DNA of 64,000 nucleotides from Lysobacterales bacterium (GTDB taxonomy: Bacteria; Pseudomonadota; Gammaproteobacteria; Xanthomonadales; Xanthomonadaceae), in the NCBI GenBank assembly GCA_038248955.1, contig JBBRWW010000001.1:25-64024 (forward strand), read 5' to 3'. The position numbers and the translations under genes were made by a program. Below are positions 33,321 through 44,987 of the stretch, one piece after another. The notes beneath the pieces were generated by a model, which worked only from the letters and a program-made list of their open reading frames with translations, searched no databases and was not told the origin of the DNA. How positions within the stretch are numbered: the stretch's first letter is position 1; every line of letters begins with the position of its first letter.

Positions 33321-34649
33321 TTGTTTGAACGATCGAAAAAGGGTGAGCAAGCGCTGCTGATCCAGCCGCGTCCCAGTGGTTCGATGGACGAGGACGCCCT
33401 CGAGGAATTCGCCGATCTCGCGCGCTCGGCCGGCGCCACGGTGGTGGCCGTGTTGACCGCGCGCGTCGACCGGCCCAACGCCGCGATGCTGATCGGCAGC
33501 GGCAAGCTTGAAGAGGTCAAGGCCGCGGCCGCGGCCAGCGGTGCCGACCTGATCCTGGTCAACCATCCGCTTTCGCCCGGGCAAGAGCGCAACCTCGAGA
33601 AACTGCTCGAGTGTCGCGTGGTCGACCGCACCGGGCTGATCCTCGACATCTTCTCGCAGCGCGCGCGTAGTTCGGAAGGCAAGCTGCAGGTCGAACTGGC
33701 CCAGCTCAAGCACATGTCGACGCGGCTGATCCGCGGCTGGACGCATCTGGAGCGCCAGCGCGGCGGCTCGATCGGCCTGCGCGGCCCCGGCGAGACCCAG
33801 CTTGAGACCGACCGCCGGCTGCTGCAGAAGCGCCTCGAACAACTCCAGAAGCGCCTCGACAAGGTCGAGGTCCAGCGCACCCAGATGCGTCGAGCGCGCG
33901 TGCGCAGCGAGCTGCCGCGGGTCGCGCTGGTCGGCTATACCAATGCCGGCAAATCGACGCTTTTCAATGCGCTGACCGGCGCCGACGCGTACATCGCCGA
34001 CCAGTTGTTCGCGACCCTCGATCCGACCGTTCGGCGCATCGAGCTTTCCGGAGGCGGGGTGGTGCTGGCCGATACCGTCGGTTTCGTCCGCGACCTGCCG
34101 CACGAGCTGGTTGCCGCGTTCCGCGCCACGCTCTCGGAGGCGCGCGAGGCCGACCTGCTGTTGCACGTGATCGACGCGGCCGATCCGCTTCGCAACGACC
34201 GCATCGCCCAGGTTGACGCGGTGCTCGAAGAAATCGGCGCCGGCGACATCCCGCAGGTGCTGGTGTTCAACAAGATCGACCGCATCGAAGGCGCGCAGGA
34301 GCGGCACGAGCACCCGGGCGAAGGCCGCCAGCGCGTGTGGTTGTCCGCGCGCGAGGGCATCGGCATGGAGGGGTTGCGTGAGGCGGTGGCCGAGGCGCTG
34401 GTGTTGCGCCATGTCGTCGGCGAAGTGCGGCTGCCTTCGCGCGCCGCACGCTTGCGCGCGCGCCTGCACGAGCTGGAGGCCGTTCGCGGCGAGGAAGTCG
34501 ACGAGCACGGCTGGATCCTGCAGGTCGATCTCGCCATCGCCGACCTGCAGCGATTGCTCGTCCAGTCGGGCGGCGAGGCACTGCAGTCGTTGCTTGAACA
34601 GGACGAACACGCCCAGGCCTTGCTTGAGGACGGCCAAACCCCCACCTAG
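33321..34649 (+). CDS. hflX: ribosome-associated GTPase HflX
   Basis: G1 GYTNAGKSTLFN, G3 DTVGF, G4 NKID. TTG start. Confidence 0.92.
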   Translation: MFERSKKGEQALLIQPRPSGSMDEDALEEFADLARSAGATVVAVLTARVDRPNAAMLIGSGKLEEVKAAAAASGADLILVNHPLSPGQERNLEKLLECRVVDRTGLILDIFSQRARSSEGKLQVELAQLKHMSTRLIRGWTHLERQRGGSIGLRGPGETQLETDRRLLQKRLEQLQKRLDKVEVQRTQMRRARVRSELPRVALVGYTNAGKSTLFNALTGADAYIADQLFATLDPTVRRIELSGGGVVLADTVGFVRDLPHELVAAFRATLSEAREADLLLHVIDAADPLRNDRIAQVDAVLEEIGAGDIPQVLVFNKIDRIEGAQERHEHPGEGRQRVWLSAREGIGMEGLREAVAEALVLRHVVGEVRLPSRAARLRARLHELEAVRGEEVDEHGWILQVDLAIADLQRLLVQSGGEALQSLLEQDEHAQALLEDGQTPT

Positions 34650-34715
34650 AATGGTCGAACGCTTGCGATCGGACCTGGTCGCGTTTCGCAGCACGCCCCC
34701 CATATTGGAGCAGGC

Positions 34716-35846
34716 ATGGCCTGGAACACCCCTGGCAGTGACAATTCCGGCGGATCCGACCCCAGCGGTCGATCGCCCCGTCGGCGCCAAAGCAGCAACA
34801 ATACCCTCGACGAAGTGATCAACCGGGCCCGCGACCTGTTCGCCGGCGGCGGGGATGGCAAAAGCCACATAGCCCGTTGGATCGCCCTGGCCGTCGGCCT
34901 CTGGCTGGTCTTCAACTGCTTTGTGCTGGTGACCGAGCAGCAGCGGGGCGTGGTGCTGCGTTTCGGCCAGTTTGCGCGCGTGCTGCAGCCGGGCCCGCAC
35001 TTCAAGGCGCCGTGGCCGATCGAAAGTGTCACCAAGATCAACGCCACCCAGATCAAGACGTTCGGCGACAACGTGCCGGTGCTGACCAGCGACGAGAACA
35101 TCGTCCAGGTCGAGCTCAACGTGCAGTACCGCGTCAACGACCCGCAGCGTTACCTGTTCGGCACCCGCGATGCCGATGCATTCCTGCAGCAGGCGGCGCT
35201 GAGCACGGTACGTGAGCAGGTCGGTCGGTCCACGCTCGATACCGTCCTGGGCGCACGTGATGCGTTGGCGGTGTCGGCGCGCGTGCAGCTGCAGAAGTCG
35301 CTCGACGCCTACCGCACCGGCCTGGCGGTGACCGAACTCAACCTTGCCAACGCGCGTCCACCCGAAGAGGTCAAGCCGGCGTTCGACGACGTCAACAGCG
35401 CGCAGCAGGACAAGGACCGGCTGATCAGCGAGGCCCGTGCCTACGCTGCGCAGATTGTTCCCGAGGCCCGCGGCCAGGCCCAGCGCGTGCGCACCGTCGC
35501 CGAGGGTTACAAGACCGCGAGCGTGGTGCGCGCCCAGGGTGACGGCGACCGCTTCGCTCTGGTCGCCGATGTCTACAAGACCGCTCCGGACGTCACCCGC
35601 AAGCGGCTCTGGCTGGAGACCATGCAGGAGGTCCTGGCGGGCAACCGCAAGATCGTCGGCGGCGACTCCCGCCAGTTGATCTACGTGCCCATGGCTGAAA
35701 AGGCCGGCAGCAAGCCCGCTGCCAGCATCGGTCCGCCGCTGCTGACGCCGGAGATTCTTGCGCCGACCGTCGCCGCAACCGACGAGGCCGATGTCCGCGT
35801 CGGCCGCACCGCACGACCGACTGGCCGTGAGGAGCCAACGCGATGA
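34716..35846 (+). CDS. hflK: FtsH protease modulator HflK
   Basis: SPFH/band-7 domain, N-terminal transmembrane helix, and conserved position after hflX. Confidence 0.9.
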   Translation: MAWNTPGSDNSGGSDPSGRSPRRRQSSNNTLDEVINRARDLFAGGGDGKSHIARWIALAVGLWLVFNCFVLVTEQQRGVVLRFGQFARVLQPGPHFKAPWPIESVTKINATQIKTFGDNVPVLTSDENIVQVELNVQYRVNDPQRYLFGTRDADAFLQQAALSTVREQVGRSTLDTVLGARDALAVSARVQLQKSLDAYRTGLAVTELNLANARPPEEVKPAFDDVNSAQQDKDRLISEARAYAAQIVPEARGQAQRVRTVAEGYKTASVVRAQGDGDRFALVADVYKTAPDVTRKRLWLETMQEVLAGNRKIVGGDSRQLIYVPMAEKAGSKPAASIGPPLLTPEILAPTVAATDEADVRVGRTARPTGREEPTR

Positions 35847-36706
35847 AATTTTCCGTGGGAATTGCCGCCGTCGTCGCGGTGTTGTTCGGGCTGCTGGGAT
35901 CGGTCTTCATCGTCCGCGAAGGCCAGACCGCGATGGTGTTGAACCTGGGTCGCGTGGTTCGTACCGATCTTTCGCCCGGATTGCACTTCAAGTGGCCGTT
36001 GGTCGAGACCGCGCCGGTGTTCGATCGCCGACTGCAGGTCCTGCAGGCCGAGCCCGAGCGCTACCTGACGTCCGAGCGCAAGGATGTCAGCGTCGACTTC
36101 TTCGCCGTCGGCCGGATCGACAATGCGCGCGCGTTCTATCGCGCCACGGGCGGCGACGAGAGCGTGGCGATCGCGCGCCTGGCACCGATCATCAAGGATT
36201 CTCTGCGCAACGAGATCAATGCGCGCACCCTGCAGCAGGTGGTGTCCGGTGACCGCTCCTCCATCGTCGACAAGCAATTGGAGGCGATCAACCGTGGCGC
36301 CGCGACCATGGGCGTGAGCATCATCGACCTGCGCATCAAACGCATCGAATTGCCGACCGACAGCCAGGTGATCCAGGACGTCTACCGGCGCATGCGCGCG
36401 CAACGCCAGCAGGTCGCCAGCCGCCTGCGCGCCGAGGGCGCCGAACAGGCCCAGACCGTGCGTTCGCAGGCCGACCGCGAGCAGGCGGTGATCATCGCCG
36501 AGGCCGAGGGCGACGCGCAGCGCCTGCGGGGTGAAGGCGATGCCATCGCGACCCGCATCTACGCCGAAGCGGCCAACAAGGACCCCGGGTTCTACGCCTT
36601 CCAGCGCAGCCTGGAGGCCTATCGCAAGTCGTTTGCAGACGGCCAGGGCGTGATCGTGATGGATCGCAACGACCCGTTCCTGCAGTACCTCAAGGCCGAT
36701 CGCTGA
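35843..36706 (+). CDS. hflC: FtsH protease modulator HflC
   Basis: SPFH/band-7 domain. The ATG overlaps the hflK stop. Confidence 0.9.
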   Translation: MKFSVGIAAVVAVLFGLLGSVFIVREGQTAMVLNLGRVVRTDLSPGLHFKWPLVETAPVFDRRLQVLQAEPERYLTSERKDVSVDFFAVGRIDNARAFYRATGGDESVAIARLAPIIKDSLRNEINARTLQQVVSGDRSSIVDKQLEAINRGAATMGVSIIDLRIKRIELPTDSQVIQDVYRRMRAQRQQVASRLRAEGAEQAQTVRSQADREQAVIIAEAEGDAQRLRGEGDAIATRIYAEAANKDPGFYAFQRSLEAYRKSFADGQGVIVMDRNDPFLQYLKADR

Positions 36707-36895
36707 GTGATCGCCGAGCTGGTGTCCGCGCTGTGCCTGGTCGCGGTGCTGGAAGGGCTGTTCCTGTTCGTGGCCCCGCGGGGGTGGAAGCGCGCCGCCG
36801 AGCAACTGCATGCGCTTCCCGATCGCCGGTTGCGGCTGCTGGGCGCGGTCGTGCTCCTGGTCGGCGTGGCGGCGTTGTGGCTGGTGCGCCAGTAG
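36707..36895 (+). CDS. DUF2065 (YjeT-like) small membrane protein
   Basis: 62 aa with two helices (LCLVAVLEGLFLFVAP...LLGAVVLLVGVAALWLV). Same position as E. coli yjeT, between hflC and purA. GTG start. Confidence 0.65.
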   Translation: MIAELVSALCLVAVLEGLFLFVAPRGWKRAAEQLHALPDRRLRLLGAVVLLVGVAALWLVRQ

Positions 36896-36937
36896 GCGCG
36901 ACCGGCCTGAACCGCCGGGGTGGCCGGCCGCGGGTAA

Positions 36938-38347
<1,410 letters not shown>

Positions 38348-38592
38348 TCCGCCAAGGACCGCGACGTGAAGCGGCGCCGCGGTGCGGGGCCGCGTCATAT
38401 CGGGCGCGGCATTCCAGCGCATATGGGTGGCCATTGATGGTGAAAATTGGCCTGGTAGTGACCGCGACGAGCAGCGATGTCACTGGCGCCCATGGGCGCT
38501 GTCCCCTGGCATGTGCGCGCACGGACCTCTCACTGCCCGGACGCTAGACTCCCCGCGCATCACGCTCACTACCGGCAGGTTGCCTGGCCCCC

Positions 38593-41286
38593 ATGGATCA
38601 TCCCTTCGTACCGCCCGCCGGCGCGGCCGGCAGCCACGACCCCAGCGGCTTCGTGCGCGTGCGCGGCGCGCGCGAGCACAACCTCAAGGATGTCGATGTC
38701 GATATCCCCCGCGACGCGCTGGTGGTGTTCTCGGGCGTCTCGGGTTCGGGAAAATCGTCGCTGGCGTTCGGTACGATCTACGCCGAGGCGCAGCGCCGCT
38801 ACTTCGAGTCGGTCGCGCCGTATGCGCGCCGGCTGATCGACCAGGTCGGCGTGCCCGACGTCGACACGATCGACGGGCTGCCCCCGGCGGTGGCGCTGCA
38901 GCAGCAGCGCGGGACGCCGAGCGTGCGCTCGTCGCTGGGCAGCGTGACCACGCTGTCGAGCCTGCTGCGGATGCTGTACTCGCGGGCCGGCAGTTACCCG
39001 CCCCAACAGCCGATGTTGTATGCCGAGGATTTCTCGCCCAATACCGCGCAGGGCGCGTGCCCGAACTGCCACGGCCTGGGGTTTGTCTACGAGGTGACCG
39101 AGCGTTCGATGGTGCCCGACCCTTCGCTGAGCATCCGCGAGCGCGCGATCGCGTCGTGGCCGCCGGCTTGGCACGGGCAGAACCTGCGCGACATCCTGGT
39201 CACGAGGGGGGTCGACGTCGACAGGCCCTGGCGCGAGTTGCCGAAGACGCAGCGCGACTGGATCCTGTTCACCGCCGAGCAGCCCACCGCGCCGGTGTAT
39301 GCCGGCTTCACCCCGGCCGAAACGCGCGCGGCGCTGCGCCGCAAGGCGGAGCCGAGCTATATCGGTACATTCACCGGCGCGCGCCGTTACGTGCTGCATA
39401 CCTTCGCCACCAGCCAGAGCGCACTGATGAAGAAGCGCGTGTCGCGCTTCATGGTCGGCAGTGAGTGTCCGGTCTGCGACGGCCGTCGCCTCAAGCCCGA
39501 GGCGCTGTCGGTCACGTTCGCGGGCCTCGACATCGGCACGCTGTCGCGGTTGCCGCTCAACCGCATGGTGGACGTGCTGAAGCCGGCCGCGGAAGGGAAT
39601 TTCGAGGACGCGGGGTTGATCGACCAGGCCCCCGGGCGCGTGGCCAAGGCGGGCCTCAGCCGGGCCGAGGCCCGCAAGGACACCGCGCGGCGTGTCGCCG
39701 CAGGCGGCTCGGCGCACGCGGGCGGCTCGGACGTGCGGCGCACCCCCAACCTGTCCCAGGAGAAGCGCATCGCGGCGCAGCGCATCGCCCATGACCTGGT
39801 CACGCGCATCGCCACGCTGCAGGCGCTTGGGCTGGGTTACCTGTCGATGGACCGAACCACGCCGACGCTGTCCCCGGGCGAACTGCAGCGCCTGCGGCTG
39901 GCGACGCAGATCCGCTCCAACCTGTTCGGCGTGGTGTACGTGCTCGACGAGCCGTCGGCGGGGCTGCATCCAGCCGACAGCGAGGCGCTGCACCGCGCCC
40001 TGGACGACCTCAAGCGGTCCGGCAACACGATTTTCGTGGTCGAGCACGACCTCGACACCATGCGCCGCGCCGACTGGCTGGTGGATGTCGGTCCGGATGC
40101 CGGCGAGCACGGCGGCCAGGTGCTCTACAGCGGTCCACCGGCGGGACTGCGCGCGGTTGGCAATTCGCACACTGCGCGCTATCTGTTCGCCAGCGAAGTC
40201 GCGGCGCCCCGTACGCCTCGTCCGGCGGCCGCATGGATGGAACTGCGCGGCGTCACGCGCAACAACCTGCGCGGCATCGACGTGCGTTTGCCGATTGGCG
40301 TGCTCACGGCCGTGACCGGCGTGTCGGGTTCGGGCAAGTCGAGCCTGGTCAGCCAGGCGCTCGTCGAACTGGTTGGCGAGCACCTTGGCCATGAGCCGGT
40401 CGCCGCCGAGCGACCGGGTTACGACGGCGAGGGCGAAGAGCTGCAACCGACCATCGTGGCCGCGACCGCCGGGCGCCTGCACGCCGGCGGCGACGCGATC
40501 CGCCGGCTCGTCAACGTCGACCAGAAACCCATCGGCCGCACGCCGCGTTCGAACCTCGCGACCTACACCGGGCTGTTCGACCACGTGCGCAAGCTGTTCG
40601 CCGCCACCAAGGCCGCCAAGGCGCGGCGCTACGATGCCGGCCGTTTTTCCTTCAACGTCGCCAAGGGCCGCTGCGATACGTGTGAGGGCGAAGGCTTCGT
40701 CAGCGTCGAGTTGCTCTTCATGCCGAGCGTGTACGCGCCGTGCCCTGCCTGCCACGGTGCGCGTTACAACGCCAAGACGCTGGAAATCACCTGGGGTGGG
40801 CGCAATATCGCCCAGGTACTCGCGATGACCGTCGACGAGGCCGACGTGTTCTTCGGTGCCGAACCCGCCATCCGCAAGCCGCTGGCGCTGCTGCGCGCGA
40901 TCGGCCTGGGCTACCTGCGCCTGGGCCAACCGGCGACCGAGCTGTCCGGCGGCGAGGCCCAGCGCATCAAGCTGGCCACCGAGTTGCAGCGCGCCCAGCG
41001 CGGCGACACGCTGTACGTGCTCGACGAGCCCACCACCGGCCTGCACCCGTTCGATGTCGACAAGTTGATGGCGCAGCTGCACGGGCTGGTCGATGCCGGC
41101 AACACCGTGATCATCGTCGAGCACGAACTGCGCGTGATCGCCGACAGCGACTGGGTCATCGACGTTGGCCCCGGCGCGGGCGAGGAGGGCGGGCGGATCG
41201 TCGCCAGTGGCACGCCGAAGGCAGTCAGTCGCGCCAAGGCCAGCCGAACCGCGCCGTACCTGCGGCGATGGTTCGCGCAGACCTAG
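38593..41286 (+). CDS. UvrA paralogue (excinuclease ABC subunit A family, class II type lacking the UvrB-binding domain)
   Basis: 897 aa. Two ABC ATPase modules ([10 protein letters not shown] twice, LSGGEAQR twice) and zinc modules ([24 protein letters not shown]...CPACHG). The sequence runs directly from [10 protein letters not shown] to [15 protein letters not shown], skipping the ~140-aa UvrB-binding insert of canonical UvrA. Confidence 0.85.
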   Translation: MDHPFVPPAGAAGSHDPSGFVRVRGAREHNLKDVDVDIPRDALVVFSGVSGSGKSSLAFGTIYAEAQRRYFESVAPYARRLIDQVGVPDVDTIDGLPPAVALQQQRGTPSVRSSLGSVTTLSSLLRMLYSRAGSYPPQQPMLYAEDFSPNTAQGACPNCHGLGFVYEVTERSMVPDPSLSIRERAIASWPPAWHGQNLRDILVTRGVDVDRPWRELPKTQRDWILFTAEQPTAPVYAGFTPAETRAALRRKAEPSYIGTFTGARRYVLHTFATSQSALMKKRVSRFMVGSECPVCDGRRLKPEALSVTFAGLDIGTLSRLPLNRMVDVLKPAAEGNFEDAGLIDQAPGRVAKAGLSRAEARKDTARRVAAGGSAHAGGSDVRRTPNLSQEKRIAAQRIAHDLVTRIATLQALGLGYLSMDRTTPTLSPGELQRLRLATQIRSNLFGVVYVLDEPSAGLHPADSEALHRALDDLKRSGNTIFVVEHDLDTMRRADWLVDVGPDAGEHGGQVLYSGPPAGLRAVGNSHTARYLFASEVAAPRTPRPAAAWMELRGVTRNNLRGIDVRLPIGVLTAVTGVSGSGKSSLVSQALVELVGEHLGHEPVAAERPGYDGEGEELQPTIVAATAGRLHAGGDAIRRLVNVDQKPIGRTPRSNLATYTGLFDHVRKLFAATKAAKARRYDAGRFSFNVAKGRCDTCEGEGFVSVELLFMPSVYAPCPACHGARYNAKTLEITWGGRNIAQVLAMTVDEADVFFGAEPAIRKPLALLRAIGLGYLRLGQPATELSGGEAQRIKLATELQRAQRGDTLYVLDEPTTGLHPFDVDKLMAQLHGLVDAGNTVIIVEHELRVIADSDWVIDVGPGAGEEGGRIVASGTPKAVSRAKASRTAPYLRRWFAQT

Positions 41287-41355
41287 CGGCCCTGGAATCA
41301 GGCTCGGGCACTGCGCTTGGCGGGCGAGGGGTGCAACGCGTTGCTGCGTTGTCGC

Positions 41356-41814
41356 CTACTGGGCCGAAAGCATCTTGTGCATGCGCTGGTAATCCTTGCG
41401 GTACTGCTTGGCCAGGCGCGTCTTCTGCGCGTCGCCGAGGATCTTGCCCGAGACCTGGAAGAACTTCGTTTCCTCCTCGCGCAAGTGGTGGTGGACCTTG
41501 TGCGAAAGCTCTCTGGCCTTGTCAAGCCACGCATCGCCGGCGGGTTCGAGCTTCTGCAGGTCCTCGACCAGTTCATCGATCTGGTGGTGCTCGTGCAGCG
41601 CGTGCCTGGCTGAATTCAGCCCCATGTCGTCCAGAAGCATTGGTGCGTACAGGAACCGCTCCTCAGCGGCCTCATGCGCCTGCAGTTCGATTCGCACCTG
41701 CGTGAAGCCGCTGATGCGTTCCTGCGTGCCGGGCTTGCTGCGCAGCAGCTTGCGCAGCTGCGAACGCTGGATCTCGTGGCTTTCGCGCAGGGCGTCGTAG
41801 ATGGTTTCCGACAT
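41356..41814 (-). CDS. hemerythrin (HHE cation-binding) domain protein
   Basis: 152 aa. Repeated H/E ligand motifs: ESHEIQR, AHEAAEERF, HEHHQIDE, HKVHHHLREEE. Confidence 0.8.
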   Translation of the reverse strand: MSETIYDALRESHEIQRSQLRKLLRSKPGTQERISGFTQVRIELQAHEAAEERFLYAPMLLDDMGLNSARHALHEHHQIDELVEDLQKLEPAGDAWLDKARELSHKVHHHLREEETKFFQVSGKILGDAQKTRLAKQYRKDYQRMHKMLSAQ

Positions 41815-41889
41815 GGCTTGGCTCCGGTGGGGCGGTTCGGGGGAGAGGATACGGACGCGCGTGTCAACGCGGTGGCACGCGTTACGACG

Positions 41890-42290
41890 TCATCGCCAGT
41901 CGCAGGCATCGCGGGGCGATGCCGCCGCGTTGCTGAGAAACGTGCCCAACGTCCGGCGCACCTGGGCGAAGTCCACCGGTTTGACCCGGTGGGCCTTGAA
42001 GCCGGCCTGCGCCGCGCGTAGGTGGTCGCCGCGCTGGCCGTATCCGGTCAGCGCGACCAGCCTGATGGCGTCGCCACGGCACTCGCGCGGCCGCCGTGCC
42101 AGTTCGTAGCCATCCATGACCGGCAGGCCCATGTCGAGCAACGCCGCTTCAGGCTGGAGCTGGCCGACGATGCGCAGGGGGGTCGTGCCGTCGGCGGCCG
42201 TGCGTACGTCGAAACCGACCATCCGCAACGCCATCGCCATCGCCAGCGTCGACGCAGCGTCGATGTGTCGACCAGCACGATGCGGCCCAC
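41890..42290 (-). pseudogene. CheY-like receiver-domain (response regulator) gene interrupted by a 1-nt frameshift
   Basis: One frame reads VGRIVLVD and then drifts. The other reads IDAASTLAMALRMVGFDVRTAADG...ALLDMGLPVMDGYELARR...LVALTGYGQ...AGFKAHRVKPVD. Inserting one G in GTCGAC^ACATCGAC (42259-42272) restores RIVLVDDIDAAS. Confidence 0.6.
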
Positions 42291-42584
42291 GGCGCTGGCG
42301 ACGGTCTGGGTGGCGAGGAGGTCCTCAGCGGCCGCGCCACGGTCGCTGCCGGCCAGCGGCGACGACAGCGCGGCGTTGACCTGGTGGGCGAGGTGTGTGC
42401 GGGCGGCAGCCGTGTCGACCTGGTCGGTGTGTACGGCGACGATGTCGGCGTGGGGTACTTGCAAGGTGCTGGCGTGCGTCCGTCACCCAGACCTGTTGGG
42501 AAGGCCCGCGGGCAGGCCGCCCGTTCGGCCGGTGGGCGTGGGCGGACGACGCAAAGCGCGCCATGCTGAACTTTCCCGCGCATG

Positions 42585-42614
42585 GAGAAAAGGCCCCGAA
42601 CGGGGCCTTTTCTC
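42585..42614 (-). terminator. rho-independent terminator downstream of the glycine-zipper protein gene
   Basis: gagaaaaggcccc-gaac-ggggccttttctc. Confidence 0.65.
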
Positions 42615-42631
42615 GATGCTGGCGGCGCGGT

Positions 42632-43135
42632 TTAGCGGCCGTCGCCGTCCGCGTCGCCCGGAATCGCGCGTTCGACGCGATGCCATGCGGCCTTCGTCGC
42701 GTGCTTGGCGTCGTCCCACGCCACGCGCGAATTGCCCTTGGTGCGTTCGTAGTCGTTGCGCAGGTCCGTTTCGGCCTGGTCGAACGTCCGGTCGGCGTAC
42801 TTGGCACGGTTCTCGTAACCGGTGCGATAGGCGGGCGCGTACTCGTTGTAGTCGTAGTCCTTGTTGACGTACGCCTCGTGCTTGTAGTTTTCCTGCCAGT
42901 AGGCGTTTTCCGCGGTCGGGTTGACGGCTTCGCCGGCGGCCTTGCCACCCAGGCCACCCACCACCGCGCCGATCGCACCGCCGACAACCGTGCCCACCGG
43001 GCCGGCCACCGAACCCACCACTGCGCCGGCGGTCGCGCCAGCGGCGGCACCTACGCCCGTGCCGATCGGATGCGCGCCCGGGGCGCCGCTGATCGGATCC
43101 CGATTCATGTCGGTGGTGTCTTTGTGATTCGTCAT
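42632..43135 (-). CDS. glycine-zipper hypothetical protein (possible stress protein)
   Basis: N-terminal G/A/V zipper GTGVGAAAGATAGAVVGSVAGPVGTVVGGAIGAVVGGLGG, followed by a Tyr/Asn/Asp/Glu-rich hydrophilic C-terminus. Confidence 0.65.
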   Translation of the reverse strand: MTNHKDTTDMNRDPISGAPGAHPIGTGVGAAAGATAGAVVGSVAGPVGTVVGGAIGAVVGGLGGKAAGEAVNPTAENAYWQENYKHEAYVNKDYDYNEYAPAYRTGYENRAKYADRTFDQAETDLRNDYERTKGNSRVAWDDAKHATKAAWHRVERAIPGDADGDGR

Positions 43136-43427
43136 GTTCGTTCCTTTGAGGGGGCGGCATCAGACCGCGGGGGAAGGGCAAATGTGCTCGCGGCCAAGTC
43201 AACGTGACGTCAATGCCGCGCGGTGCGTAAAGCCCGTGTTGGGGATCGCGAACGCGGTTAGAAAATGGCGCCGCGCGACGCGGACAGCGCGTCAAGCGCA
43301 ACGACCGGCGCGGTGCCATGCTCGCCGCGTGCAGTCCGCACGTGGCACCCGATTGTCGCGAATGCGGCTCGCCGGCGTACCCTACCAACCTTGCGGTCGC
43401 GCTCCACCGACGCCCGCTCCCTCCGCT

Positions 43428-44837
43428 ATGGAAAAGCTCATGCCGCATTGGTTGGTTGTCTTGCTGGTCGTCGCGTGGCTCGCTTACGTGGTCGTGCTGT
43501 CGGGATGGATCATGCTGCAGCGCCGCGAGCCGGTGGCCACGCTCGCATGGATCATGGCGCTGGCGTTCCTGCCCTACCTGGGCTTCGTGATCTACCACCT
43601 GTTCGGGCCGCAGCGCATCAACCGCTCGGGGCTTCGCCGCGAAACATCGCACAGGGCGGTCGGTGGACGCGGCGAGCGCAAGGGCAACAGCGACGCCGCT
43701 GCGCTCAACCGCATGGCGCAGGCAATGACGGGGTTTCCTCCGGCCACCGCCAGTCGCGTGGACCTGCTGGTTGACGGCGGCGTGACCTATGACGCCCTCG
43801 TCAAGGCGATCGAAGCCTCCACGCAGACCGTCCATGTCGAGTACTACATCTATGCCGGTGACCGCACCGGCACGCGGATCCGCGATGCCCTGATCGAACG
43901 TGCCAAAGCTGGCGTCAAGGTACGGATGCTGCTCGACGGGGTCGGCTCGCCACTCGCGCGCAAGTTCGTCAAGCCCCTGCACGACGCCGGCGTCGAGGTG
44001 GCGTTCTTCCACCCGGTGCGGTGGTGGATGATGCCGTTCGCGCGGCCCAAGCTCAACATGCGCAGCCACCGCAAGATCGTGATCTGCGATGGAACGGTCG
44101 GGTTCACCGGCGGTATCAACGTGACCGACGACGAGAACGATCAACTCAATACCGAGGCGTTCCACGACCTGCACATGCGCGTCGAGGGCGACGTAGTGCG
44201 CTGGCTGCAGGTTGCTTGGCTGGAGGACTGGAACTACGTGACCGACAACGCCATTTCCGGCGAGGGCGTGCTGGTCGCGGCGCAGCCCGGCCCGATCAGC
44301 GCGCAGGTCATTCCGGCCGGACCCGACAACGACTTGGAGCCCATCCACCGCGTGCAGGTCGAGGCGATCCACCGCGCCGAAAAGCGCGTCTGGCTGGCAA
44401 CGCCGTATTTCGTCCCCAGCCGCGCGGCACTGTTCGCGCTGGAAGGCGCGGCGATGCGCGGGCTGGATGTCCGGGTGGTGGTACCCAAGCGCAGCGACTC
44501 GCGCATGGTCACTGCAGCGGCACGTTCGTATTTCGACAAGCTGCTCAAGGCGGGCGTGCGCGTGTACGAATACGGGCCGCGTATGCTGCACACCAAGGCG
44601 CTGCTGGCGGACGACGACGTCGCGATCCTGGGCACGTCCAATTTCGACACGCGCAGCTTCGCGCTCAACTTCGAGATCGTGTTGATGTTCTGCAACGAAG
44701 CCGTAGCCGCCGAACTGGCGCGCACCATGGCCGACGACATGGAGGTGGCGACAGAGGTCACTCCGGCGTCGACCAAGCCGCCCTTCCTGTCGCGCCTGTC
44801 GGAAGCGGCGGCGCGACTGCTGGCACCGATCCTGTAA
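43428..44837 (+). CDS. cls: cardiolipin synthase (PLD superfamily, ClsA-type)
   Basis: Internal ATG of ORF 43134..44837. Two N-terminal transmembrane helices and two HKD motifs (SHRKIVICDGTVGFTGGINV; LHTKALLADDDVAILGTSNFD). Confidence 0.9.
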   Translation: MEKLMPHWLVVLLVVAWLAYVVVLSGWIMLQRREPVATLAWIMALAFLPYLGFVIYHLFGPQRINRSGLRRETSHRAVGGRGERKGNSDAAALNRMAQAMTGFPPATASRVDLLVDGGVTYDALVKAIEASTQTVHVEYYIYAGDRTGTRIRDALIERAKAGVKVRMLLDGVGSPLARKFVKPLHDAGVEVAFFHPVRWWMMPFARPKLNMRSHRKIVICDGTVGFTGGINVTDDENDQLNTEAFHDLHMRVEGDVVRWLQVAWLEDWNYVTDNAISGEGVLVAAQPGPISAQVIPAGPDNDLEPIHRVQVEAIHRAEKRVWLATPYFVPSRAALFALEGAAMRGLDVRVVVPKRSDSRMVTAAARSYFDKLLKAGVRVYEYGPRMLHTKALLADDDVAILGTSNFDTRSFALNFEIVLMFCNEAVAAELARTMADDMEVATEVTPASTKPPFLSRLSEAAARLLAPIL

Positions 44838-44987
44838 TCCGCCGAAGCTACGCGCGGCCGGCATCGTGGGCCGCCGTCGCACGAGCGACACTTGCACGAA
44901 CGTGCCCGCGTGCGCTGCCATTGCCGGTGTTCCGGCGTTGCACCACATGGGCCGGCCCAATCGAAATCCCGACCAAGGAATCGAACG

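Noticed and set aside
38348-38592. Looked for an SOS (LexA) box upstream of the UvrA paralogue
   Set aside because: I could not find a TTAG...TACTA-type Xanthomonadales LexA motif or a CTGT-N8-ACAG motif by eye. Only a 14-bp palindrome, gcgcccatgggcgc, of unknown meaning is present. No regulatory feature is called.
38569-41124. 851-aa minus-strand ORF
   Set aside because: It is antisense to the UvrA paralogue, has no domain signatures, and shows composition bias typical of the reverse frame of a GC-rich gene.
42048-42464. 138-aa minus-strand ORF as an independent gene
   Set aside because: Only its short segment VGRIVLVD is meaningful, as the receiver N-terminus, and it continues in another frame. 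The ORF is treated as part of the frameshifted receiver pseudogene.
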